Shown here in pieces: positions 17,616 through 27,458 of a stretch of DNA of 64,000 bases. Source of the DNA: Eubacteriales bacterium (GTDB lineage: Bacteria > Bacillota > Clostridia > Oscillospirales > CAG-272). The DNA is taken from the NCBI GenBank assembly GCA_050946195.1, contig JBMNUI010000002.1, positions 3,816 through 67,815 on the forward strand, read 5' to 3'. Under the pieces are notes generated by a model, which saw only the letters and a program-made list of their open reading frames with translations, ran no database searches and was not told the origin of the DNA. Position numbers and translations under genes: made by a program. Every line of letters starts with the position of its first letter. Position 1 is the stretch's first letter.

Positions 17616-18686
17616 ATGAAGACGACACCGAAATACCGGCAAATCATAAACGACATATGCCAAAAGATAGAATCAGGCGAACTTCGCCCCGGCAGCAAGC
17701 TGCCTACCGAGAGGGAGTTGTCGGAGATGTATAAGGTCAGCCGGATTGTCGCGGTAAACGCCTTGTCGCGCCTTGCCGCGGAAGGGAAGATAACCCGCAA
17801 GTCGGGCCGCGGCAGCTTTGTGGCCTATCCGCCCGAACCCCCTGCCGGTGTAAGAAGAAATATCGCCTTTGTACTCCCGCGGGTTCTCACACCCTACTCG
17901 GCATATCTTGCTCAGGCCACAATTGCCGAAGCCCGGAAAAGGGGGCTTATCTGCTCTCTTTATTACTCCGAAAACAACCTTGCAACAGAAGAAGACATAA
18001 TAGGCTTTCTCTCGGATGGGCAGACCGCGGGGATTTTAATTTATCCCTGCAGTCTGGGGGCATATAACCGTAAGCTTATATCGCTCAGCGAGGCGTCATT
18101 TCCGCTAGTGCTTGTAGACCATGATCTGCCCGGTCTCGGTATTCCGTGTGTACAGACCGACAATAAAATGGCAGCCAGGCTTGCGGTATACTATCTTGCC
18201 GACCGCGGACATACCAAAATCGCCCTCTGCTCGCACAACTCAAGCTACACAATTTCGCTGACCGACCGGATCTCGGGCTTTCTCGGCGCCATGGCCGACC
18301 GGAATATAATGGTCAATCCCGCCCTTATAATCACCGAAATGAGGCGCCCCGAGGAGATGCAGAGGCTGCGCGACATTGTTCGCCAGCGGCTGGCCACCGC
18401 CTATATCTGCCTCAACGCCTACACATGGAATATCCTGCGCGGTGAGCTGAGCGCCGCCGGCCAAAGCTGTCCCGGCGATGTTTCGGTCATTGCGGTTGAC
18501 CGCTCGGGACTGCTCGGCAATCCCGCCGAGGAGCCGACGCACATACATCAGGATGCCGAAGGAATCGCCGCCCATGCGGTGCGGCTTTTGTGTGAGCGCA
18601 TGGAGGGCAAGCCTGCCGCCGAATGTGAGTCGCTGGCAATTGCACCCACCCTTGTCGAGGGCTTCTCAACGGCTCCTCTCAATTGA
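17616..18686 (+). CDS. GntR-type HTH regulator with a LacI/PBP1 sugar-binding effector domain
   Basis: N-terminal ERELSEMYKVSRIVAVNALSRLAAEGKITRKSGRGSFV followed by a periplasmic-binding-like domain. Divergent from the EEP-SBP genes. Confidence 0.8.
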   Translation: MKTTPKYRQIINDICQKIESGELRPGSKLPTERELSEMYKVSRIVAVNALSRLAAEGKITRKSGRGSFVAYPPEPPAGVRRNIAFVLPRVLTPYSAYLAQATIAEARKRGLICSLYYSENNLATEEDIIGFLSDGQTAGILIYPCSLGAYNRKLISLSEASFPLVLVDHDLPGLGIPCVQTDNKMAARLAVYYLADRGHTKIALCSHNSSYTISLTDRISGFLGAMADRNIMVNPALIITEMRRPEEMQRLRDIVRQRLATAYICLNAYTWNILRGELSAAGQSCPGDVSVIAVDRSGLLGNPAEEPTHIHQDAEGIAAHAVRLLCERMEGKPAAECESLAIAPTLVEGFSTAPLN

Positions 18687-18942
18687 TTTTGTTATATCAA
18701 TCAAACACCCCCGCTGCTTGCCGGCATTATAATAATAAACCAAATCGGGCGGATTATGTGAACATAATATTACCGAATTGTATTTAATTGTTTGCTGATA
18801 TTGAAATTTTTTGTTAATATTTTGTGAACCAGGCTTATTTTTGTTTATTTTGCTTGTTAAATTCCACAGAATTGCAGTCTGCCCGCAAAGCATTACACAA
18901 AAATGATATATCATTTATAAAGCCCTCCCGACCCGGCCTGGT

Positions 18943-18971
18943 TTGACAATGCGGGGGTTGTTTGCTATAAT
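18943..18971 (+). promoter_or_regulatory. sigma-A type promoter for the GLUG surface-protein gene
   Basis: Exact TTGACA-N17-TATAAT. Confidence 0.75.
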
Positions 18972-19006
18972 TTGATTGCCAAAATAAAACATGGGGGGCT
19001 TGAAAG

Positions 19007-20422
19007 ATGAAAAGATTAATACCTGTAATTATATCGGCTTTACTTATATTCTGGTCTCTCACATTGCTGCCGGCAAGTGCTGCGGAGGAGTGGATACCGA
19101 TATCCACGCCGCAGGAGCTGGCCGACATAGGCAAAAACCTGTCGGGCAACTATTATCTTACCCAAAACATTGATCTTACCGGCTTTGAATGGGATTCTAT
19201 TGGCACCGACCCGTTCAAGGGGGTTCTTGACGGCAACGGCTTTATCATCATGAATCTGTCCTGCGAGTCATATATGAACCGAGTCGGCGGCCTGTTCATG
19301 CAAAACGAAGGGACTATCAAAAACCTCTGCCTGTATAATTTTTCAATAACCGCAAAGGATGTGCAGTATGACAACGTCGGCGCGATATGCGGGGTGAACT
19401 ACGGCATAATAGATAACTGCCATGTTTACGGCACGATAAACAACCCGGTAGCGCAGTATGTCGGAATGATCAGCGGGCTGAACTACGGAACGATAACAAA
19501 CTGCTCGACGGCAGGCTCGATTAAGGCTGCGTATCATGTAGGCGGGCTTGCCGGCCAGAACCGTGATTTGGGGACGATACAGAACTGCGTCAATTACACC
19601 TCGATAACAATTGCCCATAACCGCGCCGGCGGCATAGCCGGAACACAGCAGACCAACACGGGAGCCGAATACTGCATACTCAACTGCATCAACTACGGAG
19701 ACATAATCGCCGAGCCCTGCACCGACAGTGATTCCCACGGCTCGGCAGGCGGGATTGTCGGGCACTACCAGAAGGACAACTGCCCGGTCGTAAACAGCAT
19801 TACCTTCGGGCAGCTGACAGGAAAGTGCTGTTTTTCGGCAACGGTCGGAAACCCGACCCAAAGCGCGATTGAATCGGTTGAAAACTGCTATTACCTTGCC
19901 GGCTGCCAGACAAACACCGCAGTCATAAACCCCTCGCTTGAAAAAGGAACCGAGTTTACTCTGAGCAATGTTGGTTCTGTTATATCAAAGCTCGGAGACG
20001 CATTTGCCGCAAACACCGGTATTGACTCGGCCACATATCCGATAATCATCACAACCTTCTGGGGGGACGGTTTCAGCTCCTATCATTACTATGACGCCCG
20101 CGAGCTTGCGGCCGCTGTCGACCTGACAAAACCTGCTGCTGTCAGTACCACCGAATACAAGCCAGCCGAGACCACGCCGGCAGAGACCACAACGGCTCAA
20201 CCCGATGAGACCACAACCGCCCCGGTCGACGATATTACAACTTATGAGGAAACCACCGCACCGCCTCAGTCCGACGGGACCACAACAGCCAGGGATACAA
20301 CGAAAGCATCCACCGACGGCACCAAAAAGAGCTGCAAATCGGTGTTGGGTCCGGAAGTTGGCCTCATATCAGCAGTGTCTGCCGCTGTAATAGTCATGAT
20401 GCAAAGGAAGAAAAGACGGTAA
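19007..20422 (+). CDS. cell-surface protein with GLUG-type repeats, a Thr/Pro-rich stalk and a C-terminal TM anchor
   Basis: Signal peptide. Repeated GG(L/I)AG/GGIVG units. TTxxETT stalk. Hydrophobic segment followed by RKKRR. Confidence 0.6.
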   Translation: MKRLIPVIISALLIFWSLTLLPASAAEEWIPISTPQELADIGKNLSGNYYLTQNIDLTGFEWDSIGTDPFKGVLDGNGFIIMNLSCESYMNRVGGLFMQNEGTIKNLCLYNFSITAKDVQYDNVGAICGVNYGIIDNCHVYGTINNPVAQYVGMISGLNYGTITNCSTAGSIKAAYHVGGLAGQNRDLGTIQNCVNYTSITIAHNRAGGIAGTQQTNTGAEYCILNCINYGDIIAEPCTDSDSHGSAGGIVGHYQKDNCPVVNSITFGQLTGKCCFSATVGNPTQSAIESVENCYYLAGCQTNTAVINPSLEKGTEFTLSNVGSVISKLGDAFAANTGIDSATYPIIITTFWGDGFSSYHYYDARELAAAVDLTKPAAVSTTEYKPAETTPAETTTAQPDETTTAPVDDITTYEETTAPPQSDGTTTARDTTKASTDGTKKSCKSVLGPEVGLISAVSAAVIVMMQRKKRR

Positions 20423-20482
20423 TTTTAACAAAAACTCCCGAAAACACTGCGTTTTCAGAGGTTTTACTCCACAAGAATACAA

Positions 20483-20512
20483 AAGGCCGCATCAGGCTGA
20501 TGCGGCCTTTTT
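20483..20512 (+). terminator. intrinsic terminator after the GLUG gene
   Basis: GGCCGCATCA-ggc-TGATGCGGCC followed by TTTTT. Confidence 0.8.
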
Positions 20513-20630
20513 GCGTAGTTTGTAATGGACTTCAGCAGTGCAATTACATTTGTCCGAACCGGCCGAAACACAGATGGGACTACATTTCTTTTCACGCAGG
20601 CAGGCGGCCTGATAAAATTTGCCTGCCGAC

Positions 20631-20659
20631 TTGAAAAAAGCTCGGGCGGGGTGTATAAT
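20631..20659 (+). promoter_or_regulatory. candidate glnA promoter
   Basis: TTGAAA-N17-TATAAT, about 60 nt upstream of the glnA start. Confidence 0.6.
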
Positions 20660-20719
20660 AAACCAAAATTTAATCTCGGTAATTGTTTTTACAACAAAAA
20701 ACATACAGGGGAGATGACG

Positions 20720-22153
20720 ATGTTTAGCAGTTTCAAGGAAGCAAAGGAATTCTGTGCCGAAAACCAGATTAAAATGATCGACTTTAAAATGGTCGACATT
20801 GACGGCCGCTGGCGCCATCTGACAATACCCGAGGTGCGCTTTGAGGAGCGCCTGCTCGAGACCGGTATCGGGTTTGACGGCTCAAACTACGGCTATGCAA
20901 AGGTCGAGAAGAGCGACATGGTTTTTGTCCCGATTCTATCCACGGCAATAATCGACGAATTTGCCGAGGTACCGACCCTCTCGATGATAGGCGACATCAT
21001 GGTAATCGACCTGCCCGACAACCGCCCCTTCGACCAGTATCCGAGAAATGTGGCCAAAAACGCCGAGAGGTACATGCGCGAGCTGGGCATCGCCGATCAG
21101 ATGATAATCGGCCCGGAGTTTGAGTTCCACCTCTTTGACAACGTAAATTATCAGACCGAGGGGAACAAGGTCTCCTTTCAGGTCGACACAAGGCAGGCCT
21201 CATGGAACACCGGCTGCCAGTCGGCCGACAACAAGGGCTTTAAGATCGACCGCAAGGCGGGGTATCACGCCGACCTTCCACACGATATCACATACGACTT
21301 GAGGAGCAAGATATGCCTTTTGCTTGAAAAGTACGGCGTCAAGGTCAAGTACCACCATCATGAGGTCGGCGGCTCGGGCCAGGTGGAGGTCGAGGTCGAG
21401 ACGGGCGAACTGACCGAGATGGCCGACAAGACCATGATACTGAAATATGTCGTAAAAAATGCCGCGCTCAAGGACGGCAGGACCGCGACCTTCATGCCGA
21501 AACCGCTCTACAACGAGGCCGGAAACGGTATGCATGTGCACATGCACCTTTTCAAGGACGGACAGCTGATTTTCTACGATGAAAAGGGCTATGCACAGCT
21601 CAGCGAAACCGCGCTGAACTTTATCGGCGGACTGCTCACGCACGCCTCCTCGCTCTGCGCCCTCACAAACCCCTCTACCAACTCCTTCAAGCGGCTGGTT
21701 CCCGGATTTGAGGCGCCGGTGACCCTCGGGTATGCCACCTCCAATCGAAGCGCCGTGATAAGAATTCCGGCATACGCGAAGGCGCCCGACCAGAAGCGCT
21801 TCGAGCTCAGAAGCCCCGACGCTACCTGCAACCCCTATTACGCCTATGCCGCGATTCTTATGGCCGGAATTGACGGTATAATAAAGAAAATAGACCCCTC
21901 AAAACAGGGTTGGGGGCCGTTTGACTTCAACCTGTATGATTTGCCCGAAGCAGAAAAAGCCAAAATAAAGTCGCTGCCGAGAAGCCTTGATGAGGCGCTT
22001 GACGCGCTTGAGGCCGACCACGAATACCTCACACAGGGCGGGGTTTTCCCAAAGGAGCTGATTTTGACCTGGCTCAAAAAAAAGCGCAGCGAGGCAATGC
22101 GGATCAATATGATAACCCACCCCGCCGAATATGAGGCGTATTACGACCTGTAA
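20720..22153 (+). CDS. glnA: glutamine synthetase
   Basis: FMPKPLYNEAGNGMHVHMHL and NRSAVIRIP motifs. Start moved to ATG 20720 (GGGGAG RBS, 6-nt spacing). The longer track ORF runs back through the promoter. Confidence 0.9.
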   Translation: MFSSFKEAKEFCAENQIKMIDFKMVDIDGRWRHLTIPEVRFEERLLETGIGFDGSNYGYAKVEKSDMVFVPILSTAIIDEFAEVPTLSMIGDIMVIDLPDNRPFDQYPRNVAKNAERYMRELGIADQMIIGPEFEFHLFDNVNYQTEGNKVSFQVDTRQASWNTGCQSADNKGFKIDRKAGYHADLPHDITYDLRSKICLLLEKYGVKVKYHHHEVGGSGQVEVEVETGELTEMADKTMILKYVVKNAALKDGRTATFMPKPLYNEAGNGMHVHMHLFKDGQLIFYDEKGYAQLSETALNFIGGLLTHASSLCALTNPSTNSFKRLVPGFEAPVTLGYATSNRSAVIRIPAYAKAPDQKRFELRSPDATCNPYYAYAAILMAGIDGIIKKIDPSKQGWGPFDFNLYDLPEAEKAKIKSLPRSLDEALDALEADHEYLTQGGVFPKELILTWLKKKRSEAMRINMITHPAEYEAYYDL

Positions 22154-22214
22154 TACAGAAAGGCCGTGCTTCCGACAATCGGAAGCGCGGCCTTCTATAT
22201 GGCCTGTATGTAAT

Positions 22215-23216
22215 CTATCCGCGGTGACGGGCAAGATACTCCTTATAAACACAAAGGGCACCGACTGCCGGCGCACGCCGCGCCGTCTCGTCGTCGACCT
22301 CGACAATGTTCTCAACTCCGGCATGCCCGAGCAGGATGACGAAAATTGAGCGCAACGGCCTGCCGCCTCCGACTATTACTTTTATGTCGCGGGTTTCTTG
22401 GCGGCAGGTTTCTTTTGCTGTGAGTATGTCGTCGCGCAGCAGGGCGCCGACAAAGAAATTCGCCGCCTCGTCGCAATTCCAGTCGCCGAGAGTCTGCACC
22501 ATGCGGGCCTTGATTAGCGAGGGGGAGACGCCGTGGCGCGAGCAGTAGTCAAAGCCCCATGTGAGCTTCTCGGGGATTATCGTCCTTATCACCGGCCGGG
22601 GCAAAGAATATCGCAGAATCGTGTGCCCTGATATGGCGGCGATAAACTCGCCGCACATTCCGGTTAGAATCGACACAATTCTGCCGGTGCCGTCAACCTC
22701 GATAGCCTTGTTGTATGAGCCGGGCAGGGTTATGATGAAATTCCCGCTAAGGCCGAGCTGGGCCATTATCCCGTATGTCTCGCACTCTTCGCCGCTCATC
22801 GAGTCGCGCAAAAAGATCTTTTTATCCTCGTCGCGCTCGTCGGGGTCGGGCAACGTCTTTACACCGGGAATAAATAAAATCGGGATTTTGGTTATCTCCT
22901 CCATCACCACAAGCCGTGCGGCGGCGGCGCTTTCCGCAACGCCGGCCGGCGCTCTGGCATGGGGCAACTGATATATGCCCATGTCCGAGGCAAGGACCCC
23001 CGAGGAGAGGATTGCTTCAATTTCCTTCTCCTCCAGCGAGTTGCGCTCGAGCAGCTCTTTTATAGAGGAGACAAGCGCGGCTTTGAGGGGGGCGGAGGTT
23101 CCCTCAAAGGCGGTATTGCGGGCTCCGGCCTCCCGGCGGATCTCGTCGAGAATCACCTTCCCGTCAAACAGCCGGCAGCGCATGTTGGTGGCCCCGCAGT
23201 CCACAGCTATAAACAT
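22215..23216 (-). CDS. 2-dehydro-3-deoxygalactonokinase (DgoK)-like sugar-acid kinase
   Basis: FIAVDCGATNMRCRLF and DSMSGEECETYG resemble DgoK family blocks (recalled, not searched). ATG 23216 follows GAGGTG. Confidence 0.5.
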   Translation of the reverse strand: MFIAVDCGATNMRCRLFDGKVILDEIRREAGARNTAFEGTSAPLKAALVSSIKELLERNSLEEKEIEAILSSGVLASDMGIYQLPHARAPAGVAESAAAARLVVMEEITKIPILFIPGVKTLPDPDERDEDKKIFLRDSMSGEECETYGIMAQLGLSGNFIITLPGSYNKAIEVDGTGRIVSILTGMCGEFIAAISGHTILRYSLPRPVIRTIIPEKLTWGFDYCSRHGVSPSLIKARMVQTLGDWNCDEAANFFVGALLRDDILTAKETCRQETRDIKVIVGGGRPLRSIFVILLGHAGVENIVEVDDETARRAPAVGALCVYKEYLARHRG

Positions 23217-23554
23217 GTGTTCCGTCACCTCGCGGTTTTATGTTCACCTGCAATTATAGCCGCCCGATGCAAAAAAAGCAACTGTTTTTCGGCAAAAAGA
23301 GGCAAAATTAAAAATGCAGGATTACATTGATGTATTACAACAAAGGGTAAAAAGAGCAAAAACAGCTTCAAATGTGAGTTTGTCCTCTTCCTCATCAGAC
23401 ATCTTTAAAGGTTATTATACTTTTTCTCTACCTCCAATATTCGCTAACGAATAATCGGACTTATATCATCCAAATGTGGACGATTAGGTTGTTTTTATCA
23501 AAAGCGCTGAGTTGTTCTGTCATGCAAAGTACGGCGCTTGTTCCCGAATCTCTT

Positions 23555-23580
23555 GCGTATCGGTTGAGCGTATCGGTTGA
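23555..23580 (+). repeat. perfect tandem 13-bp direct repeat
   Basis: GCGTATCGGTTGA GCGTATCGGTTGA. The second unit supplies TTGA of the -35 hexamer. Confidence 0.9.
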
Positions 23581-23605
23581 CACAAAAGCCGGTAAGTTGT
23601 ATAAT
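23577..23605 (+). promoter_or_regulatory. sigma-A type promoter for the metallophosphoesterase gene
   Basis: Exact TTGACA-N17-TATAAT. Confidence 0.75.
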
Positions 23606-23667
23606 ATTTGGGTTATAGAACGCGCAAAGCTCTTTGCCTAACGGAAATTTTCACATGGGGGGTCAGC

Positions 23668-24780
23668 ATGAACAGCATTCCTGATGCTTTTCTTACAAAG
23701 CCTATTGTCTACGCCATACGGGACAGCTGTCAGATCATGGTGCCGGTCACCTGCGAGTGTGTCATGTGGGTGAGGGTCGGCGAGCGGAATTATTACGACG
23801 ACTCAGGCGGAATCCTTCGTTCGGATACCACCATCCACCGCATGACGGTTCCGATGTCGGAGCTCGACCGCGAGAGGCAATATACAGTGTGCTTCCGAAG
23901 GATGCCTGAGCGCAAGCCGTATTTTACCGAACCCGGCGAGGTCGAGTGCTACACCTCGGTCTTCCGCCCGGTCACTTCATCGCCGATACGGATATACCAC
24001 ATTGCCGACGCACACAATCAGGTCGAGAAGCCGGTCGCGGCCGGAAAATTCTTCGGGAGCAAGCTTGACCTTTTGATACTCAACGGCGACATTCCAAACC
24101 ACAGCGGAAAAATCGAGTATTTCTCCGCAATTCACCAGATAGCCTCACAGATAACCGGGGGCGAAATTCCGGTCGTCTTCTCACGCGGCAACCATGACAT
24201 GCGCGGAGTCTGTGCCGAAAAGCTTGCCGACCACACCCCGACAGACAACGGAAGAACCTACTATTCATTCAGGCTTGGCAGGCTCTGGGGACTGGTTCTC
24301 GACTGCGGTGAGGATAAGCCCGACGACAATCCCGAATATGGACATACCATCTGTTGCGAGGACCTGCGCCGCCGCGAAACCGAGTACATAGAGTCGATTA
24401 TCGCCTCAAGCGAGAGAGAATATGCCGCCGAGGGTGTTGAGAACAGGATTGTCATAGTACATATTCCCTTCACATACACCCCCAAACCGCCCTTCAATAT
24501 TGAAATCGACACCTATACACACTGGGCAAAACTGCTTCGCGAACATATAAAACCCCAGCTTATGATCTGCGGTCATGTTCACAAGTGCTTTATCAGTCCG
24601 GTGGGCGGTCCTCGTGACAACAAGGGGCAACCCTGCACACTCGTCTGCGCCTCGATGCCTGTCAAGGACGGGCCTTTCTGGGGCGGGGCCTTTACTCTCT
24701 ACCCCGACCGCTGCAATGTTAAATTTACAAACAGCGAGGGCGAGATATCCGAGGACAGCGATATAATTTTTGAACCATAA
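23668..24780 (+). CDS. metallophosphoesterase (calcineurin-like)
   Basis: IADAH, LNGD, GNHD, VHIP and GHVH motifs in the canonical order. Start moved to ATG 23668, behind GGGGGG. Confidence 0.75.
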   Translation: MNSIPDAFLTKPIVYAIRDSCQIMVPVTCECVMWVRVGERNYYDDSGGILRSDTTIHRMTVPMSELDRERQYTVCFRRMPERKPYFTEPGEVECYTSVFRPVTSSPIRIYHIADAHNQVEKPVAAGKFFGSKLDLLILNGDIPNHSGKIEYFSAIHQIASQITGGEIPVVFSRGNHDMRGVCAEKLADHTPTDNGRTYYSFRLGRLWGLVLDCGEDKPDDNPEYGHTICCEDLRRRETEYIESIIASSEREYAAEGVENRIVIVHIPFTYTPKPPFNIEIDTYTHWAKLLREHIKPQLMICGHVHKCFISPVGGPRDNKGQPCTLVCASMPVKDGPFWGGAFTLYPDRCNVKFTNSEGEISEDSDIIFEP

Positions 24781-24789
24781 AAAATATTT

Positions 24790-24823
24790 CCGCCTGCGCT
24801 TTATGCAGGGCGGGTATCTTTTT
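24790..24823 (+). terminator. candidate intrinsic terminator
   Basis: CCGCCTGC..GCAGGGCGG hairpin (one bulge), then GTATCTTTTT. Confidence 0.5.
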
Positions 24824-24866
24824 GTCCTTGAAATCCTGCTTTACTTATATCAGTCGGTGTTTTTTC

Positions 24867-24895
24867 TTGACATTGAACTAAAATTAGGCTATAAT
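24867..24895 (+). promoter_or_regulatory. sigma-A type promoter for the tmk-cysS-gtrA operon
   Basis: Exact TTGACA-N17-TATAAT. Confidence 0.75.
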
Positions 24896-24944
24896 CATAA
24901 TATGGAAGGATGTAAAATTCGTCTTTGGGCGGCGCGAGGCTGAG

Positions 24945-25580
24945 ATGACCGATAAAGACAACAGAACCGGAAAATTCATAGTGTTTGAGGGACTTGACGG
25001 CTCGGGCAAGACAAAGCATATAGGCCTGCTGAAGGAACACCTTGTCCAACGTGGCCGGCGAGCTCATGTCACCGCCGAGCCGACAAATTCCCAGCTTGGC
25101 GGGATGCTGCGCGACGCCCTCTCGGGAATCACGCAACGATCGCCCTGTGAGATGGCGGCGCTTTTCCTGCTCGACCGGATTTTCCACAATGTCAACCCGG
25201 TCTCGGGAATAAACAAAATGCTATCCGACGGATATGATGTCATTTGTGACAGATACTATTATTCGTCACTGGCATATCAGGGGACCGAGACCGATTTTGA
25301 CTGGGTTGTGGCGATGAATATCAACTGCCCCGAGATCCGGCGCCCCGACCTCTGTATTTTCCTTGACCTTGACCCCGACACCTGCATTAAACGCCTGCAG
25401 AGACGGACCACGACCGACATTTACGAAACAAAAGAAAGGCTTGAAAAATACCGGGCGGCCTATTTTCGGGTCTTTGACCTGCTCGACGACCGGGTGATTG
25501 TTGTCAACACGGCCGACGAAATAGAGGTTGCCGCGGAGAAGATTGCCAAGGCGGCCGACGATATCTGTAATATTACCTAA
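24945..25580 (+). CDS. tmk: thymidylate kinase
   Basis: P-loop FEGLDGSGKT plus DRY..SSLAYQ. Confidence 0.9.
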   Translation: MTDKDNRTGKFIVFEGLDGSGKTKHIGLLKEHLVQRGRRAHVTAEPTNSQLGGMLRDALSGITQRSPCEMAALFLLDRIFHNVNPVSGINKMLSDGYDVICDRYYYSSLAYQGTETDFDWVVAMNINCPEIRRPDLCIFLDLDPDTCIKRLQRRTTTDIYETKERLEKYRAAYFRVFDLLDDRVIVVNTADEIEVAAEKIAKAADDICNIT

Positions 25581-25595
25581 AGGAGGTAGGATGAG

Positions 25596-25988
25596 ATGTG
25601 TGACGGGTGGTACCGCAAATACCGTGCGCCTAAGAAAAAGAAGAAGAGTGCTCTTGCATGGATTGTTGCCGCGCTGGCCTTTGTCGCCCTCTGCCCGCTG
25701 GCGGTAAAGCGCGACAAGGAAAAGGGTGAATGGGGCATAGCCTCGCTCCTGCTCTTTGTCGGTTGCAGGCCGTCTGCGAAAAAAGAGGGCGGGCGTGAGC
25801 TGACAATCTCAATTCCGGGATATTCGCATATAAAGTCAATCTGCAAATCGGTCTGCGGATGCAAAAAGAACGCGTCCGACACCTTCGAGGCCGGCAACAA
25901 TGGTGATGCCGAGGATTTTGACCTTTCCGAGCTGATGGGCGAGACCTCCGGCAACATTACCCCAGATGTCACAATATCCGAGGAATAA
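25596..25988 (+). CDS. hypothetical small membrane protein
   Basis: AGGAGG RBS 9 nt upstream. Lys-rich N-terminus then one TM (ALAWIVAALAFVALCPL). No family recognised. Confidence 0.45.
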   Translation: MCDGWYRKYRAPKKKKKSALAWIVAALAFVALCPLAVKRDKEKGEWGIASLLLFVGCRPSAKKEGGRELTISIPGYSHIKSICKSVCGCKKNASDTFEAGNNGDAEDFDLSELMGETSGNITPDVTISEE

Positions 25989-26012
25989 TTGTAAGAAAGT
26001 CAAATTCTCAGT

Positions 26013-27458
26013 ATGCAGATTTACAATTCGCTGACACGGAAAAAAGAAGAGCTGATACCGGTCGAGCCCGGAGTTGTACGCATGTATACCTGCGGGCCGA
26101 CCGTATATCATTATGCCCACATAGGCAACCTCCGTACATACATTACGGAGGACGTGCTTGAAAAGTACCTGAGCTACTCGGGATACGAGGTACGGCGCGT
26201 GATGAACATCACCGACGTCGGCCACCTGACCAGCGACGCCGACACCGGCGAGGACAAGATGCTCAAGGGCGCGCGCCGCGAGAAAAAGTCGGTGATGGAG
26301 ATAGCAAAATTCTACACCGACGCCTTTTTTGCCGACTGCGCAAAGCTCAATATAAAAAAGCCCGATATTGTAGTTCCGGCCACCTCCTGCATCGACGAGT
26401 TCATCAGGGTCATCTCTGCCTTAATTGACAGGGGCTACGCATACCTTGCCGGCGGGAACGTCTATTTCGATATCTCAAAGCTCGGGCAATACCATGTTTT
26501 CCTCGACTTTAAGGAGGAGGACCTTGCGGTCGGCGTGCGCGAGGGGGTCGGCGAAGACAAAAACAAGAAAAACCCCGCCGACTTTGCGCTCTGGTTTACA
26601 AAATCAAAATTTGAGGACCAGGAACTCAAATGGGAAAGTCCGTGGGGGCTGGGGTATCCCGGCTGGCATATCGAGTGCTCCTGCATTGCCATGAAGTATC
26701 TCGGCGGGCGGCTCGACATCCACTGCGGCGGAATTGACAACACCTTCCCGCACCACACAAACGAAATTGCGCAGAGCGAGGCCTATCTCGGGCACAAGTG
26801 GTGCAACTTTTGGGTTCACGGAGCACATCTGGTCAGCTCTTCCGGCAAGATGAGCAAGTCGTCGGGCGAGTTTCTCACCGTCTCGCTGCTCGAGGAAAAG
26901 GGATATAACCCCCTGGCCTACCGGTTTTTCTGCCTCGGGTCGCATTACCGCAGGTCACTGGCCTTCTCGTGGGAAAACCTCGACAACGCCCAGACGGCCT
27001 ACAACAAGCTTATCTCCCGAATAGCCGCACTTGTTCCCGAAAAGGACGAAGCGGTTGATTCTGCGGCATTTGAGTCGCTGCGCGCCGGGTTTGTCGCGGC
27101 GCTTGACAATGACCTCAACATCTCGCTGGCAATCACCGCGGTATACGACGTGCTCAAAGCCGACACCAACCCGGCGACCAAACTGGCGCTCATTTCGGAT
27201 TTTGACCGCGTGCTCTCGCTCGACCTCATTCCGGCCGCCGAGAAGCTGCGGGCAGAGGAGCGCGCCGCAGCCAAAGAGCAAGCGGCGGCAGACGACCCGT
27301 TTGTCGCCGAGATTCTGCGCCTGATTGCCAAGCGTGCCGAGGCCAAAAAGGCAAAGAATTATTCAAAGGCCGACCAAATCCGCGCAGAGCTTGCCGCGCG
27401 GGGCGTGATTCTCACCGACACACCGACCGGCACCACCTTTAAAATCACAAAACAATGA
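26013..27458 (+). CDS. cysS: cysteine--tRNA ligase
   Basis: HIGN and KMSKS class-I signatures. N-terminal MQIYNSLTRKKEEL. Confidence 0.95.
   Translation: MQIYNSLTRKKEELIPVEPGVVRMYTCGPTVYHYAHIGNLRTYITEDVLEKYLSYSGYEVRRVMNITDVGHLTSDADTGEDKMLKGARREKKSVMEIAKFYTDAFFADCAKLNIKKPDIVVPATSCIDEFIRVISALIDRGYAYLAGGNVYFDISKLGQYHVFLDFKEEDLAVGVREGVGEDKNKKNPADFALWFTKSKFEDQELKWESPWGLGYPGWHIECSCIAMKYLGGRLDIHCGGIDNTFPHHTNEIAQSEAYLGHKWCNFWVHGAHLVSSSGKMSKSSGEFLTVSLLEEKGYNPLAYRFFCLGSHYRRSLAFSWENLDNAQTAYNKLISRIAALVPEKDEAVDSAAFESLRAGFVAALDNDLNISLAITAVYDVLKADTNPATKLALISDFDRVLSLDLIPAAEKLRAEERAAAKEQAAADDPFVAEILRLIAKRAEAKKAKNYSKADQIRAELAARGVILTDTPTGTTFKITKQ

Noticed and set aside
20515-20560. A GlnR/TnrA box upstream of glnA (TGTAAT..ATTACA inverted repeat at about 20520-20550).
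   Set aside because: The half-sites are 16 nt apart rather than in the TGTNA-N7-TNACA geometry. They also lie upstream of the -35 region by about 80 nt. There is not enough support to call an operator.
23322-23402. A small minus-strand ORF (MSDEEEDKLTFEAVFALFTLCCNTSM, 26 aa) in the 440-bp spacer between the DgoK-like and metallophosphoesterase genes.
   Set aside because: The nearest GGAGG is more than 20 nt upstream of the ATG. It cannot be assessed without conservation data and may be chance in AT-rich DNA.
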